A program made the translations under genes and the position numbers. Positions 53,501 through 64,000 of a DNA stretch of 64,000 nt are shown one piece after another. Where the stretch lies: the NCBI GenBank assembly GCA_013239625.1, contig MU054308.1:107356-171355 (forward strand), in the 5' to 3' direction. Under the pieces are notes generated by a model. That model was not told where the DNA came from. It saw only the letters and a list, made by a program, of their open reading frames with translations, and searched no databases. Within the stretch, counting starts at the first letter, position 1. Each line of letters begins with the position of its first letter. This DNA is from Lama guanicoe. Its lineage: Eukaryota.

Positions 53501-54023
53501 TGTGGTAGGCAGAAAAATGATCCCCCCCAAGATGTCTATGTCCAAATCCCCAGAACATATGAAGAGGTCAGTTTCCCTGGCAAAGGGGCTTATGGTTGCA
53601 GATGCGGTTAAGTTTGCAAACCAGCCAACTCTATGAGAGATGAGCTGGATTATAGAGGTGGGCCCAGTGTAATCACCAGGGTCGTTAAAGTAGGAAGGGG
53701 TAGGCAGAAGAGGGGAGAGAGGAGAGGAGATGTGACCACAGAATCAGAGTCAGAGGCACACAATCGTGCTGACCTTGAGAGAGAGAAAAGTGGTCACAGG
53801 CCAAGAGACGCAGGTGGCCTCTGGAAGCCAGAAGAGGCAAAGATACAGGTTCCCCTGAGGACTTCAGAAACAGCCCTGCCAAAACCTTGACTTCAGCAGG
53901 CTTCTGCATTCAAGAACCTTACGAAGTTAAATTTGTGTTGTTTAGTGGAGACTTTTTCTTTTTTCTTCCTACTACCATGCCGTATGGGGATACCTGTTAC
54001 AGCAGCAACAGAAAGCGAATACA
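53501..54023 (+). mobile_element. MaLR solo LTR (MLT1D/E-like)
   Basis: tgtggtaggcagaa...gggcccagtgtaatcac...gttacagcagcaacagaaagcgaataca; 5-bp TSD gttag/gtaag with one mismatch. Confidence 0.85.
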
Positions 54024-54254
54024 GTAAGCACCTTAAAATGTGCAGAAATTGCAGATAACACTGGACTGTCCACTTTGATATGGGATTGGGCTTATGTGAA
54101 AATCAAAATGACAGTGTGACCTTAGCTAACATCTGCTTTTCTCATTTTTAGGAAGAGAACAGTAAGTCAAAACCTCTGTAGTTATTATTTTAGACAAGTG
54201 TCTCTTAAAACATTATATAACCCTGTGACTTAGGACCCTTTGCCTCTGTTCTTA

Positions 54255-54490
54255 GAAGAACATGGATTCAGAGAGATACTGTCTTACATCTGAGTCCCAC
54301 AGTGGTCTCTTATTGACAATGAGAGCTTGGGCAAATCACTTACCCTCTTTAAGCCACAGAATCTTCATTTGCAAAGGAGAGATAAGAATAAGGATTGTTT
54401 GGGTGATTAAATTATACACACACACATGCGCATGCACACATATATGTACAACACTTAATACAGTGACTAGCACATACTAGGCACTCACCA
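54255..54490 (+). mobile_element. MIR SINE
   Basis: cttgggcaaatcacttaccctct...cttcatttgcaaa, ending acagtgactagcacatactaggcactca. Confidence 0.7.
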
Positions 54491-54822
54491 AATTCCCGTT
54501 ATGGATTTTTAAATGCATGTATAAAAGGAGGAGAAAGTTGCGGGAAGTTGTGGGAAAACTTAGTTCACGGCCCCAAAAAGGGCCATCTCTCAATGGGCTC
54601 TGATCCGTCAGTCCCCAGTGGTGGGCTAATAAGCAGAGACTATAGCACTTGAGGATTTATGTTAAACATAAAAAGGAAGGTATTTAAATATAATTATTAA
54701 ACAGCAGGTACATTTACACTGTTGGCTGGATCATCTTATCTGGAGAGCTTTAATAAGCAGAGAGTCTCCCCTACGTGGATGGGGGCCATTCTCACCCCAA
54801 GATCACATGACTGAGTAGTCAC

Positions 54823-54920
54823 GGAAGTAACACCTCTTGTATGTTATTCCAGATGGACTGTCCTCCCATGAGTATTGTCAGCTGTGTCATCAGTTCAAGG
54901 AGACAGCCACCTGGGTCACA
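54823..54920 (-). pseudogene. ANO6: ANO6 pseudo-exon 15 (98 nt, reading frame still open)
   Basis: cag|[33 protein letters not shown]|gtgact. Confidence 0.95.
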
Positions 54921-55094
54921 CTGGAATACTAGAAAGAATATCTTATTTAAATTTTAGATAGCTCTAACATGAATAAAGTCATTATTTTATGGTTAAAAAA
55001 TCTAAGGAACAGAAAGTAAAGACACTCTTCATTGGGCAACTAAGAGAAAACATGAAACGGGTTAGACTGTCAGAAAACAAAGCTGTATCCACGC

Positions 55095-55263
55095 CTCCTC
55101 ATTTCTGTATTTTCACAGCCAATACACCAGATCTCCCAGATGAGTCACAAATCTGCCCTTAAAGATTGTGATGTAGAAACACGAGGAGTAGTAGTTGACA
55201 AACTGGAACAAGAACACCTTCATGGTTAGGCTGTTCTCATAGTCAGTCTGGTCCTTGGGAGCT
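55095..55263 (-). pseudogene. ANO6: ANO6 pseudo-exon 14 (169 nt vs 170)
   Basis: LPR(fs)QTDYENSLTMKVFLFQFVNYYSSCFYITIFKGRFVTHLGDLVYWL*KYRNEE; acceptor reads TG, donor reads GC. Confidence 0.95.
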
Positions 55264-56317
55264 CAGCAGCTAGAATAAAGAAAAGTTAAGTCTGTAAAAC
55301 TGTGAACGGCATTGAGACCCTTATCAAAGCCACAGATACATGAGTTAACAAGGTAAATATATGTATATATATATACACAATTCACACTGTTTTCATTTAA
55401 GCTGTTTTGAATTCCTTAACATAGCTACTATGTTAATTCCAAGTGTACACCCTGTTGTAAGATTTTCTCCCACTATGAACACAATATCCCACAAGGCAAA
55501 AAAAATAGCTGTTCCTTAAAATGTATAGTCACAACAGTATCCAGTGGGCAAGAACTGTCCTCTGTCAGGTGTAAGTTGACAGAAAACTACTTTTGAACAT
55601 CCTGCTAAATTATATTCTCTTGTCTCCCTGAATGGCAGGAAGGTAGGACTACTGAAGAAAACAAACAAAACACGGGGCAACTTGCTAGAAGCATTTGGGG
55701 AACATAAAATGGGTCATCCTCCTAGTTCAGAATTTGAATTGGTCTTAGTGTTTTCAGAAGATGACCACTGAGCAGACCACTGGGAGAACCCCCAGCCACA
55801 TGCACTGTGTGGGAAGCACTTAACTTGGGCCACTAAGCCACTGGCTGGGATACAAGCCAGACAGGAAAAGCATTTGTTATAGAAACCACAGCTGATGTGA
55901 ATGGAGATACACTAACAGGAACAGCATGGGGGGAAGACACATAACACTGTGATTACTTGTCCTCTCTGTAATGCATGAGCAAATCTGCCACTGAAACCAT
56001 GACCCTCTTCCAATTATTTGCAATAAAGAGACTATTTACTTTCAACAATAGGGTACATGATCCAGTGTAATTGAAAATATTGTTCAGCACTGACCTGTTT
56101 ACATACAGCTTGGACATTCTAATGCTTGCTTTGTCCCTTTTACTAATGCAGAGTTGGAGCTAATTCACTTCTCATATAGGCTAGAGAAAATACTTTTACA
56201 CTTGAAGTTTTATAAAGACTGTAATGTACTGGAATTGAAGTGCCTAAAAGATAGTCTCTGTTTTGACCTGGTTCTAAAACTGGCGTAGAAATGACCTCAG
56301 CTGCAGGAGGAGCTTAC

Positions 56318-56541
56318 CAGAGTCAGTCATCATGATTGCCACTTTCTCATATATGGGGTTCAGGGTCACGATGATAAAACTGATGAGGGAAACAGTGATG
56401 GGCGTGGCCCATCTGCACAGTCAGGTACTTCTGGATTGGGTCTCTTCCATTCAGGATCTTGGGAAGTTTTGCAGAAAATACAATGAACACTGAGAGTCTG
56501 TAGACAATGATCGCAATAACTCAAGCAATGGTCAACAGGAT
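56318..56541 (-). pseudogene. ANO6: ANO6 pseudo-exon 13 (224 nt vs 226)
   Basis: cag|ILLTIA*VIAIIVYRLSVFIVFSAKLPKILNGRDPIQKYLTVQM(fs)ATPITVSLISFIIVTLNPIYEKVAIMMTDS|gtaag. Confidence 0.95.
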
Positions 56542-57609
56542 CTGACAACCCAAAAACCCAGCAGCATGAGACTCACTAATGATCATATTTTTACACAGAA
56601 AATTTGCCCCCAGCCCACGCTTAAACAGACAAATGCATGTTCTGTAAACCTCACATAAACGTGAGAATTGATGTAAATCACAAATAAATGCCACAAGAGA
56701 CGTGAATATCAGGCATGTTAAACTTTAGGGTAGGAGGAATGAAGGATGTCAAAAAGAATGAGTGCATCCACTTATGTAACATGCTGACAGCAGGAGCAGC
56801 TGTGTGCAGGGCATAGGGAATATATGGGAACTCTGCTCTCTGTGAATTTTTCTGTAAACCTAAAACTGTACTAAAGAAGGAAGCCTGTTAAGTATATCTT
56901 TAAATGGGGTAAAAATGGAGTAACTGGTGTCATGTTCTTTTGGAGACAAGTCTGTGATAGCAGAATCAATGAAAATATCCCTTATACATCCATAGAATTA
57001 CTTAGGTTATGAACTAGTTGTAACCCATGAAGGGGATATGCTTCCTTTCAAGGGAGAACCTATCACTGATTCAGGGTTCAGCAGGTGCTAGCTGTCATCT
57101 TCATTCTAAATAGGACCAGTGAAGCTGTGGACATGCCCTGAGGGAAACACTGGAAGTAACAGCAGGTCTCTGCTGATGGAAGCTTCACTTGCTTTTCATA
57201 CTCCTTGAGATCTTAAAATGGCAGGTATTCATACTCCCTGCATTTGCACAAGTTTCATGTCCCTGATCCATTGTAGTTCTGACTGTGTGGACCCAAGGGC
57301 AAAGGGGGTGTCTGAAGCATAATTTGCACATGGCTGGCAGGGTTTCAGTTCCCTACTACGCAGGTTAATTTTCTGGCCACCAAAGAATGTACATTAAAGG
57401 TCCCATTTTTAAACTGTTTTCCTTCCATCTACCTTCTTTGTCATAGTCCAGAATCATGTACTCAGTGTCCCTGGCTGCTTCTGATAGCTTCCCCAGAGAG
57501 AAAGCTACAAAGAATATGAATTTCAAGACTAAGTGAACCACATCATGTTATTTACAGTAACAGCGGGCGGCTGGCTTGCACCTGCAGGGGAGAGCAGAGG
57601 GAGCATTTA

Positions 57610-57800
57610 CAAGCCCCTCCTGGAGCCACACTTCTGCATCTGGATCCCAGCTCTGATGCTAGCTGTGGGGCCTTGTGCAATTTCTTAACCTCTAGGGGCT
57701 TCAATCTCCTCACCCATATAATGGGGGGGATAATAATAGCAATTTATAGGATTATTGTGATGAGTCAATTATTTACTACGGGTGAAAAAAGTGAGAACAT
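57610..57800 (+). mobile_element. MIR SINE
   Basis: ctggagccac...atcccagctctg..ctagctgtggggccttgtgcaatttcttaacctct...aatgggggataataatag. Confidence 0.8.
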
Positions 57801-58189
57801 TAACCACAAGCTTGTGAAAATTTCTACCTAAGTATTAGCTATGAATATGGTGACCAAAGTGTTAAAAAGATGTTTTCTTAGTTTTTAAGCCATCAATTTG
57901 TAGAGGAAGCATTTTATTTCTTCCTCTACTCTCTTTAATTTTCCTTTCCTTCACAGTTAAGGCTTCACTCTTGTGAAAGGAATAACTTATTGGTGTGTGT
58001 GTGATTAAATGTGAAAATTAGTTAAGGCTGAGAAAAATGTATTATAGAAGGTACATTGAGCCTTCCTCTCTAGTACAGCACATATAGGCCATTTAAATAG
58101 TATGAATTTTTAAAAAGTCTGCATAATAATTTTTTAATTATGTATTAAGTAATCATAATAGTTAAGATTCTTTAAATGTTTACTATTAC

Positions 58190-58382
58190 TTCAGCACACA
58201 TCTGTTATTCTAAATCCTCACAATCACCCTGTGGGGAAGGTAATGTTATATGTCTTCTACAGATGAGGAAATAGAACCACGTGGAGATGATGCAATTTGC
58301 CCCAAATGAAGCAACTATTAAGTGAAAACACTGAAATACTCTAAGGGCCCAAAGACACACTAACTCCGTATACTACTGCCTC
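58190..58382 (-). mobile_element. MIR SINE
   Basis: aatcctcacaatcaccctgtg...tacagatgaggaaat...tttgcccca. Confidence 0.7.
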
Positions 58383-58814
58383 CTACATGGTCTGTGAAAT
58401 TAATTCTAATTCATTTCAGAACTTTTACAAACTTGACACATTTCCATTTTTCTTCCAAGCACTTAATGGGTTCAATATATCTTAGGAAACAGGAAAGCTT
58501 TCCATTCTCCTTCCTCGAGTTTCTTCTTATGTATCATCTATTCTGATCTTAACTTTAATATTTGCTCATTAAAGATTTGTAAGTACTCAGTAGCGGACAG
58601 ATCTGCTGTTCTGGATCTGTGCCCAGTCTTACAAGAGGACCCAAGTTTTGCTTTAGGATAAATAACCTCCTTTCTGTTTTTAGTCCTGTGATTTAAGCTC
58701 GATTGACTCACTCTTTCTGAAGAACCAGAGGTAGATCTTAGTTGGTTTAAGAAAAATAATACCCCTCGTTCTATTGGCCTTGCACATGATTTGAGAATTG
58801 GCAATGAACCCAGT

Positions 58815-59170
58815 AAGAACCACTATTATGTGAGGAGATACATGCTGGTGCCCATGTGAATGATGAGCTTCCTCTATCAAGAGAGGAAGCTGCCAAAAGA
58901 GACCTCTCTTGGCTTGGAAGGATGTGTGATCTGGGATGATGAGTGCCTAGAAGCAGCATGCTGAGACACCCCTGGACACAGAATGAAGACAGGACAAAAC
59001 CAGCCCTTGACATAATATGGGCTACAGTATCTCTCCTTGACTGAAGCCAGACATCAGACCTGAGGTTTTCATTTACAGTAACCAATAAATCCAATCCAAC
59101 CCCATTTTTTGGTTGTTGTTTAAACCCACTGGAGATTGATTTTGTCACCAACAATCAAAAGACTTCAACT
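58815..59170 (+). mobile_element. Old MaLR LTR fragment (MLT1-like)
   Basis: 3' end ccaataaatcc...ttgtttaaaccc...ttttgtcac..caatcaaaaga. Confidence 0.55.
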
Positions 59171-60765
59171 CTGAAAATGAATAAAAAATAAAATAAGAAA
59201 AATGCTTCTGCCTATAGACATAATTCCTTCAGAACTGTGCATTGTTTGTATATTAAAAATCATTTTATATATTAATTTTATTCTCAAGCTTATCATATGC
59301 ATAACAGTTTAACATGTCATAAAATATTTTCATGGACACACTTTTTCATGGCTGCAAAATATTCTACTTTGTGAAGGGTAGAAAGAATATTTTGGCTGAG
59401 ATTTTATACATATATATACATAGAAAAGTATGTCTGTGACTTAGATCCATACTGAATTTTCCATGCCATTTTGAAATACTTCCTGATTAAAAGTTTTTCA
59501 AAGCTGAATTAGTGGATTAAAGCATATGAATATTTTTGACACTTAATATGAACTCCCAGGCTGCTTTCTAAGAAGGCTGGAGGAGTACACCAGAAAATGA
59601 CACAGCACTGTAAATCAACCATACTTCACAAATACTATCCAGTAGCCTAGGCGTGGGATTGGTAACCACTGGCACTTCATCCTCATAAACAGAGCTGTGT
59701 CACTTGAGAGGTGGAAAACTATTTCATTTTGATGTGCACTGACTGAATTACCTCTGCAGACTGACATCTATTTTTTTCCTTTGTAAATGTGTCTTCATCT
59801 TCTCTGCCTTCTCCACTCCTGAGACTTTTTGGTGTTATCTTTGAAGTGATCTGAACTCTCTATGTATTAAAGGAAGTAGCCCCTTGTCAGATTTGTTAAC
59901 AAATAACATCCTCTGGTATTTTGTTTATACTTAGGATGCTTCTGATGCATGGAAATCTTTATATATTTTCCTCTGAAACTTATTGCACATCTAGATGTTG
60001 TATATTCATCCATATTTATTTCTAGGTTTTTTCTAATTGTGTTACTTTTTTTTAATGTTTCTGGAATTTATCACAATATATGGTTCACTGTATAATTTTA
60101 ATCTTTACATTTCCCCCCAAATAGTAAACTATTGTTCCATTTATTGAATAACTTTTATTTATCTCCCTGATTTGTAATGCCATCCATCTTGTATATTAAA
60201 TTATTATTGATATCAGAGCCCATATCTGGATTTCCTGTCCTATTCTCTAATCTGGCTATTTTTGAGCTAGTAAAACTCTCATTATCTTATTATTATATTA
60301 CTAATATGATTCACAATAAATCCCAAATCAATTTTATAAGTTCTGATATTTTGGAGATATGGTCTTTTAATCTAGAATCATGTGTTTAAAGCTTATTTTA
60401 TGTCTTTCAGTAGTTTTTAATTTTTTTGATAGTTCCTACTATCCTTTTGTTAGGCTATTCTTAGACATTTTACCTTGGTTGTTAGTCTTGGGAAATTTTA
60501 GAATTCTTAATGCCTCCATCTGGTCTCTTAATCAGACCCTGGAGATTCCTGAACCACTGATCTGATTTGAACAAATGAGGTGAAAGGAATTGGGGGAAGC
60601 ACTGTGAGCAGAAGACACTGTGGAACCTCTAGAGTGGCTCCCTGATTTGGCTCAGATGTTCTCTGGAAACAGTTTTTTTCTATGAGACTACATAGTTACC
60701 AGTTTGACTTTCAGTTGTCTCAGCATTTCACATTAGATTTTAAAAACTCTGTGGCAGGTTCTTAC

Positions 60766-60840
60766 CCAGAAAAAGAGCACTTGCATAAAGGGTTATATGT
60801 ATACACTTTCCCAGGTGGTAAAGGGAACACGCTCTTCTTC
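60766..60840 (-). pseudogene. ANO6: ANO6 pseudo-exon 12 (75 nt vs 78)
   Basis: tag|EEERVPFTTW(1-nt del)KCIHITLYASA(2-nt del)FFW|gtaag; the shifted stretch contains TAA. Confidence 0.92.
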
Positions 60841-61424
60841 CTAATTAAAAAAAGAAAAAAAAACAAGTTTAGTCAATCAAGGGATTACACTAATGAAATG
60901 ATTTTTCTCCTAACTGGTCACTAAATCCTAAGCATAAGTGAAAAAAATAATAATAATTTTCAGACATAGCCTCCTTATTCGTAACTGCATGGGTTTCTTT
61001 CCTATTTTTCCTTTTTTTTTCTGTTAACGATGTCAAACACACAACAAAATATATACACTGTTCATTTTAATACTATTTTTTGAGAATGCACATGTGAACA
61101 GTAAACTGTTTCCCTGCCATGGCCTGAGCTTAGGGGTCTGGGTACCTGACGAGGCCAAGCTGTAAAGCTCTGTTCCTGAGCTTGCCTTTGATTTCAGAAG
61201 TGACGGTAGTGACACCTTAGAGTCCGTGAAGGACAGAAAGTTTCACAGGTGTCGGCAGCTAACTGGTCTCCACTGTGTGTTTCTTGGTTGAGCTTTATGT
61301 ATTAATTAGCTACAACTATGAAGTTTTAGAGTTTCCATTTTAGAGTTTATATTTAGATTTCTTTTTTAGAGATGAAATCAGTAAGACTCAAGATTTACCT
61401 GGATTATAAAAGCAGATATAGTAT

Positions 61425-61670
61425 AATAATAGCTGTAACTAAGTACATGGCCCTTTCTCTGTGCCAAGAAGTCTTCCGAGTAGATTCTGTACATTAACGC
61501 AACCCGTCCTTACCACAGTCATGAGGAAGCAACTCTCTTATTCTTATTTTATAGAAAACTATGGCACAGAGAAGTTAAGTTGTCCAAAATCATTCAGGAA
61601 GCAAGTTGCTGTGTTCAAATATGAATTTAGGCAACTTCATTCCCAAGGTCTCACTACCACAATGCTGGCC
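61425..61670 (-). mobile_element. MIR SINE
   Basis: attttatagaaaactatggcacagagaagttaagttgtccaaaatca is the reverse-complement MIR core. Confidence 0.7.
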
Positions 61671-62912
61671 TCTCTAAACAATGGACCATGCATTCACAAT
61701 TAAAGTAAAATGCTTCAATTAATAAACTAAAAAAAAATTTAAACAATTTTTTAAATAAGGAAGAACGATAAAGAGAAATGAGTCTTCATCATCAATTTTT
61801 CAACAAGCATGTTGCAATGGAAATTTAAACATTAATTGGCAATTTTAAATTTAAAATTGGCAATTTAAATGACCAAAATGACTTTTCTTCAGTATTTTAT
61901 GTATGCTACCAATATGATACTTTTTTGTTTTTCATGACTCAAAAACATTATGAACATCTAATTTTGTCTAAGTTTCAGCTTTCATCTCTGAATGTACAGT
62001 CTTTCACCAACATATGCTTTGACCCCCATCTTCAGTTGTAAACAATGGTAACTATTCATAATGGGGATTATTAGAAGCTTATTACATTGTAAAAGACAAA
62101 TGTCACCTTCTATTGGTAGCTGAACTTCATTTTTTCCATTTGTAAAAAGAGGAGGTTGACCTGCTCCCTCCATACCTTTTCAGTGCCAACATTCTGAAAT
62201 CTGTGATTCAATTTATAAAATCTATAGTTGAGGATATTTTCAGATGCTCCTGGTAAAAGCATTTTCTTTCCAAGAGTTATTCATACTCACAACCTACTGT
62301 CCTGCTGCAGCTGACTGCAAGAACCATCAGCACTAAGTTATCTCAGCGGATGGAAAGAAGCAATAATACAGATGACTCAAAAAATCATCTTTTCATAGTT
62401 CTGGAATGTTTATACAAAGATACACAGTTTTTTTTTTAATTTTGCAGCAGGAGTGGCAGCAATAAATTTACATTTCCAATCATATAAAATGCCTAGCTCA
62501 GTGCCCAAACACTGATGGCACCTCAAGAAAGGTTTCACTGCTTCCTCTACCCTTTCTCTAACTTTAGGATGAGAGCCACGCTGCTTTGTGTACACCCCAA
62601 CTGGAAGGGGGAGCAGTGACCAGGACTTAGTTAAAGACAAAGGGACAGCTAGTCTACCATGAAAAGGAGGCTGCAATAATGAAGGCACATGTGAATACAT
62701 GGGAATCAACTATAAAAAACAATGTGTCTTTCCTTATACATCTATGTCATAGCAGCTAATTTTTTTCTATTTTTTTTAATTGGTCTTATGAAAGGACATA
62801 AATCAATGCCTCTTTTCTTATACACTTATGCCAGTCTTTTTTTCCTTTTTTTCCATTTTTACTGCTACTATGAAGGAAGGACCACACTTCTCTTCTATGT
62901 CCACCATTCCAG

Positions 62913-63090
62913 GCAGTGCTCCTTCACCTTGGCTGCACATTAGAATAACCAGAGGAGCTTTAAAAACTTCCCTATGTCAGAACGCACCCCAGGCCACTAA
63001 GTACCATCAGAGTCTGCAGTGACGGAATGCAGCCACCAACATTTTTTAAGGTCCCCTGGTGATTCCAACATGCAGCCAAGGCTGACAAGT
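62913..63090. mobile_element. MER5-type hAT DNA transposon relic
   Basis: ccttggctgcacattagaataacc...ggtgattccaacatgcagccaagg imperfect internal inverted repeat. Confidence 0.75.
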
Positions 63091-63136
63091 CCAGAAGTAA
63101 ACAGACTAAAGTGCATCTAAACAGCTCCCGCTTTTC

Positions 63137-63273
63137 GTGGGTAATCTCATCTATCTCCACGTGGGGACACCGTGCCTTCTATTCTGGCCGGACTTGTTCT
63201 TCCTGCTCAACCATGTCCCATTTGTACTCAAGTTCTGCCTGGCACCGCTTCCAGAACTCCAGAAGTAAGGTGA
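63137..63273 (-). pseudogene. ANO6: ANO6 pseudo-exon 11 (137 nt vs 143)
   Basis: tag|..TLLLEFWKRCQAELEYKWDMVE(-2 codons)QEEQVRPE*KARCPHVEIDEITH|gaaa; TAG stop, donor GT lost. Confidence 0.93.
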
Positions 63274-63596
63274 CTAACAGAGAGACAGAGGAGCCAAGTG
63301 TGGATCTTCAGTGATGACTGATGCTTCAGAAATCTGTACTTAATATTTATTACAATTAACACTTCAGTAAATGGTTCATAAAATTACATTTTATAGGTGA
63401 TACTAAAGAGAAACACGAGTTAATGCCTTTTTTTAAAGAAAAAGAAAATGTAGATAATTTATTGAACTTGTGAAAACAGACTATCTAGTTCTCTAGCTGA
63501 GGGGAAAGGGAGTAACATGATGGTCAGAGGCAGATGACTGTGTATGATGCTAAAGTACCTGCTACCAGCACATTATGCCCACTAAAAACACAAGTA

Positions 63597-63698
63597 TCGG
63601 GGGGAAGTGTGGGTATAGCTCAGTGATAGAGCACCTGCTTATCATGTACAAGGTCCTGGGTTCAAGCCCCAGTACCTCCATTAAAAAAAAAAGTAAAA
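63597..63698 (+). mobile_element. tRNA-derived SINE, Vic-1-like (camelid)
   Basis: gggtatagctcagtg...ggtcctgggttcaagccccagtacctcca plus A-tail; TSD taaaaaca(c/a)aagta at 63583-63596 and 63699-63712. Confidence 0.88.
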
Positions 63699-64000
63699 TA
63701 AAAACAAAAGTAACTGTCATAATTTAAAAGCAGTGCACGTTCCACCCTCCAAGTCTTCTCCTCACATCCCTCTGTCTCTTCTGTCCAAAGGACCTGAGGG
63801 TGAGGGGAGGAGATGAGAATGCTTTAGTAGCCCCTGCATTTCTATTTTCCACCACTCCAGTCACCCGAAATTAAAATAGTATTTGTAAATATGGAAAACT
63901 GTCATTTTTCTCAATCTTCAGTAAAGTAACCGTTATTCTGTTTTAAGACTCGTAACTTCAAATAGTAGACAAAAAAAAGAAATATTAATTGAAAATGTGG

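Larger units (their letters stand above)
36584..63273 (-). pseudogene. ANO6: Unprocessed ANO6 (anoctamin 6/TMEM16F) pseudogene, exons 11-18 equivalents; probably continues past the window end
   Basis: Eight exons in correct order with matching intron phases; translations match recalled human ANO6; seven of eight disabled. Confidence 0.93.

Noticed and set aside
54823..54920. Open ANO6 exon 15 as a sign of residual function
   Set aside because: A 98-nt exon can easily escape lesions by chance; it has amino-acid changes, a weak donor (gtgact) and disabled neighbours
63597..63698. Possible tRNA-Ala gene (also 31447-31537)
   Set aside because: A-tail, TSD (at the 63.6 kb copy), extra G-rich head and broken stems indicate a SINE

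Overview
Mammalian genomic DNA, most likely camelid (two tRNA-derived Vic-1-like SINEs, artiodactyl-type L1 3' ends). I recognise no intact protein-coding gene; the ORF track mostly reflects repeats and pseudogene fragments. The window has three blocks. (1) 1-12,985: an AT-rich OR4C olfactory receptor cluster with three minus-strand pseudogenes (two OR4C11-like, one OR4C46/OR4C13-like fragment). (2) ~12,989-29,701: a ~16.7 kb array of diverged ~250-bp satellite monomers. It cuts the third OR in mid-CDS, has an internal inversion at ~16,705 and is organised in discrete sequence-variant domains. (3) ~36,584-63,273: an intron-containing, heavily disabled copy of ANO6 (TMEM16F scramblase) on the minus strand, almost invisible in the ORF track. 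Eight exons (equivalent to human exons 11-18) are in correct order and phase, seven with frameshifts and/or stops. The arrangement resembles a pericentromeric-type mosaic of duplicated sequence. Gene identities come from my recall of human protein sequences, not from a database search.
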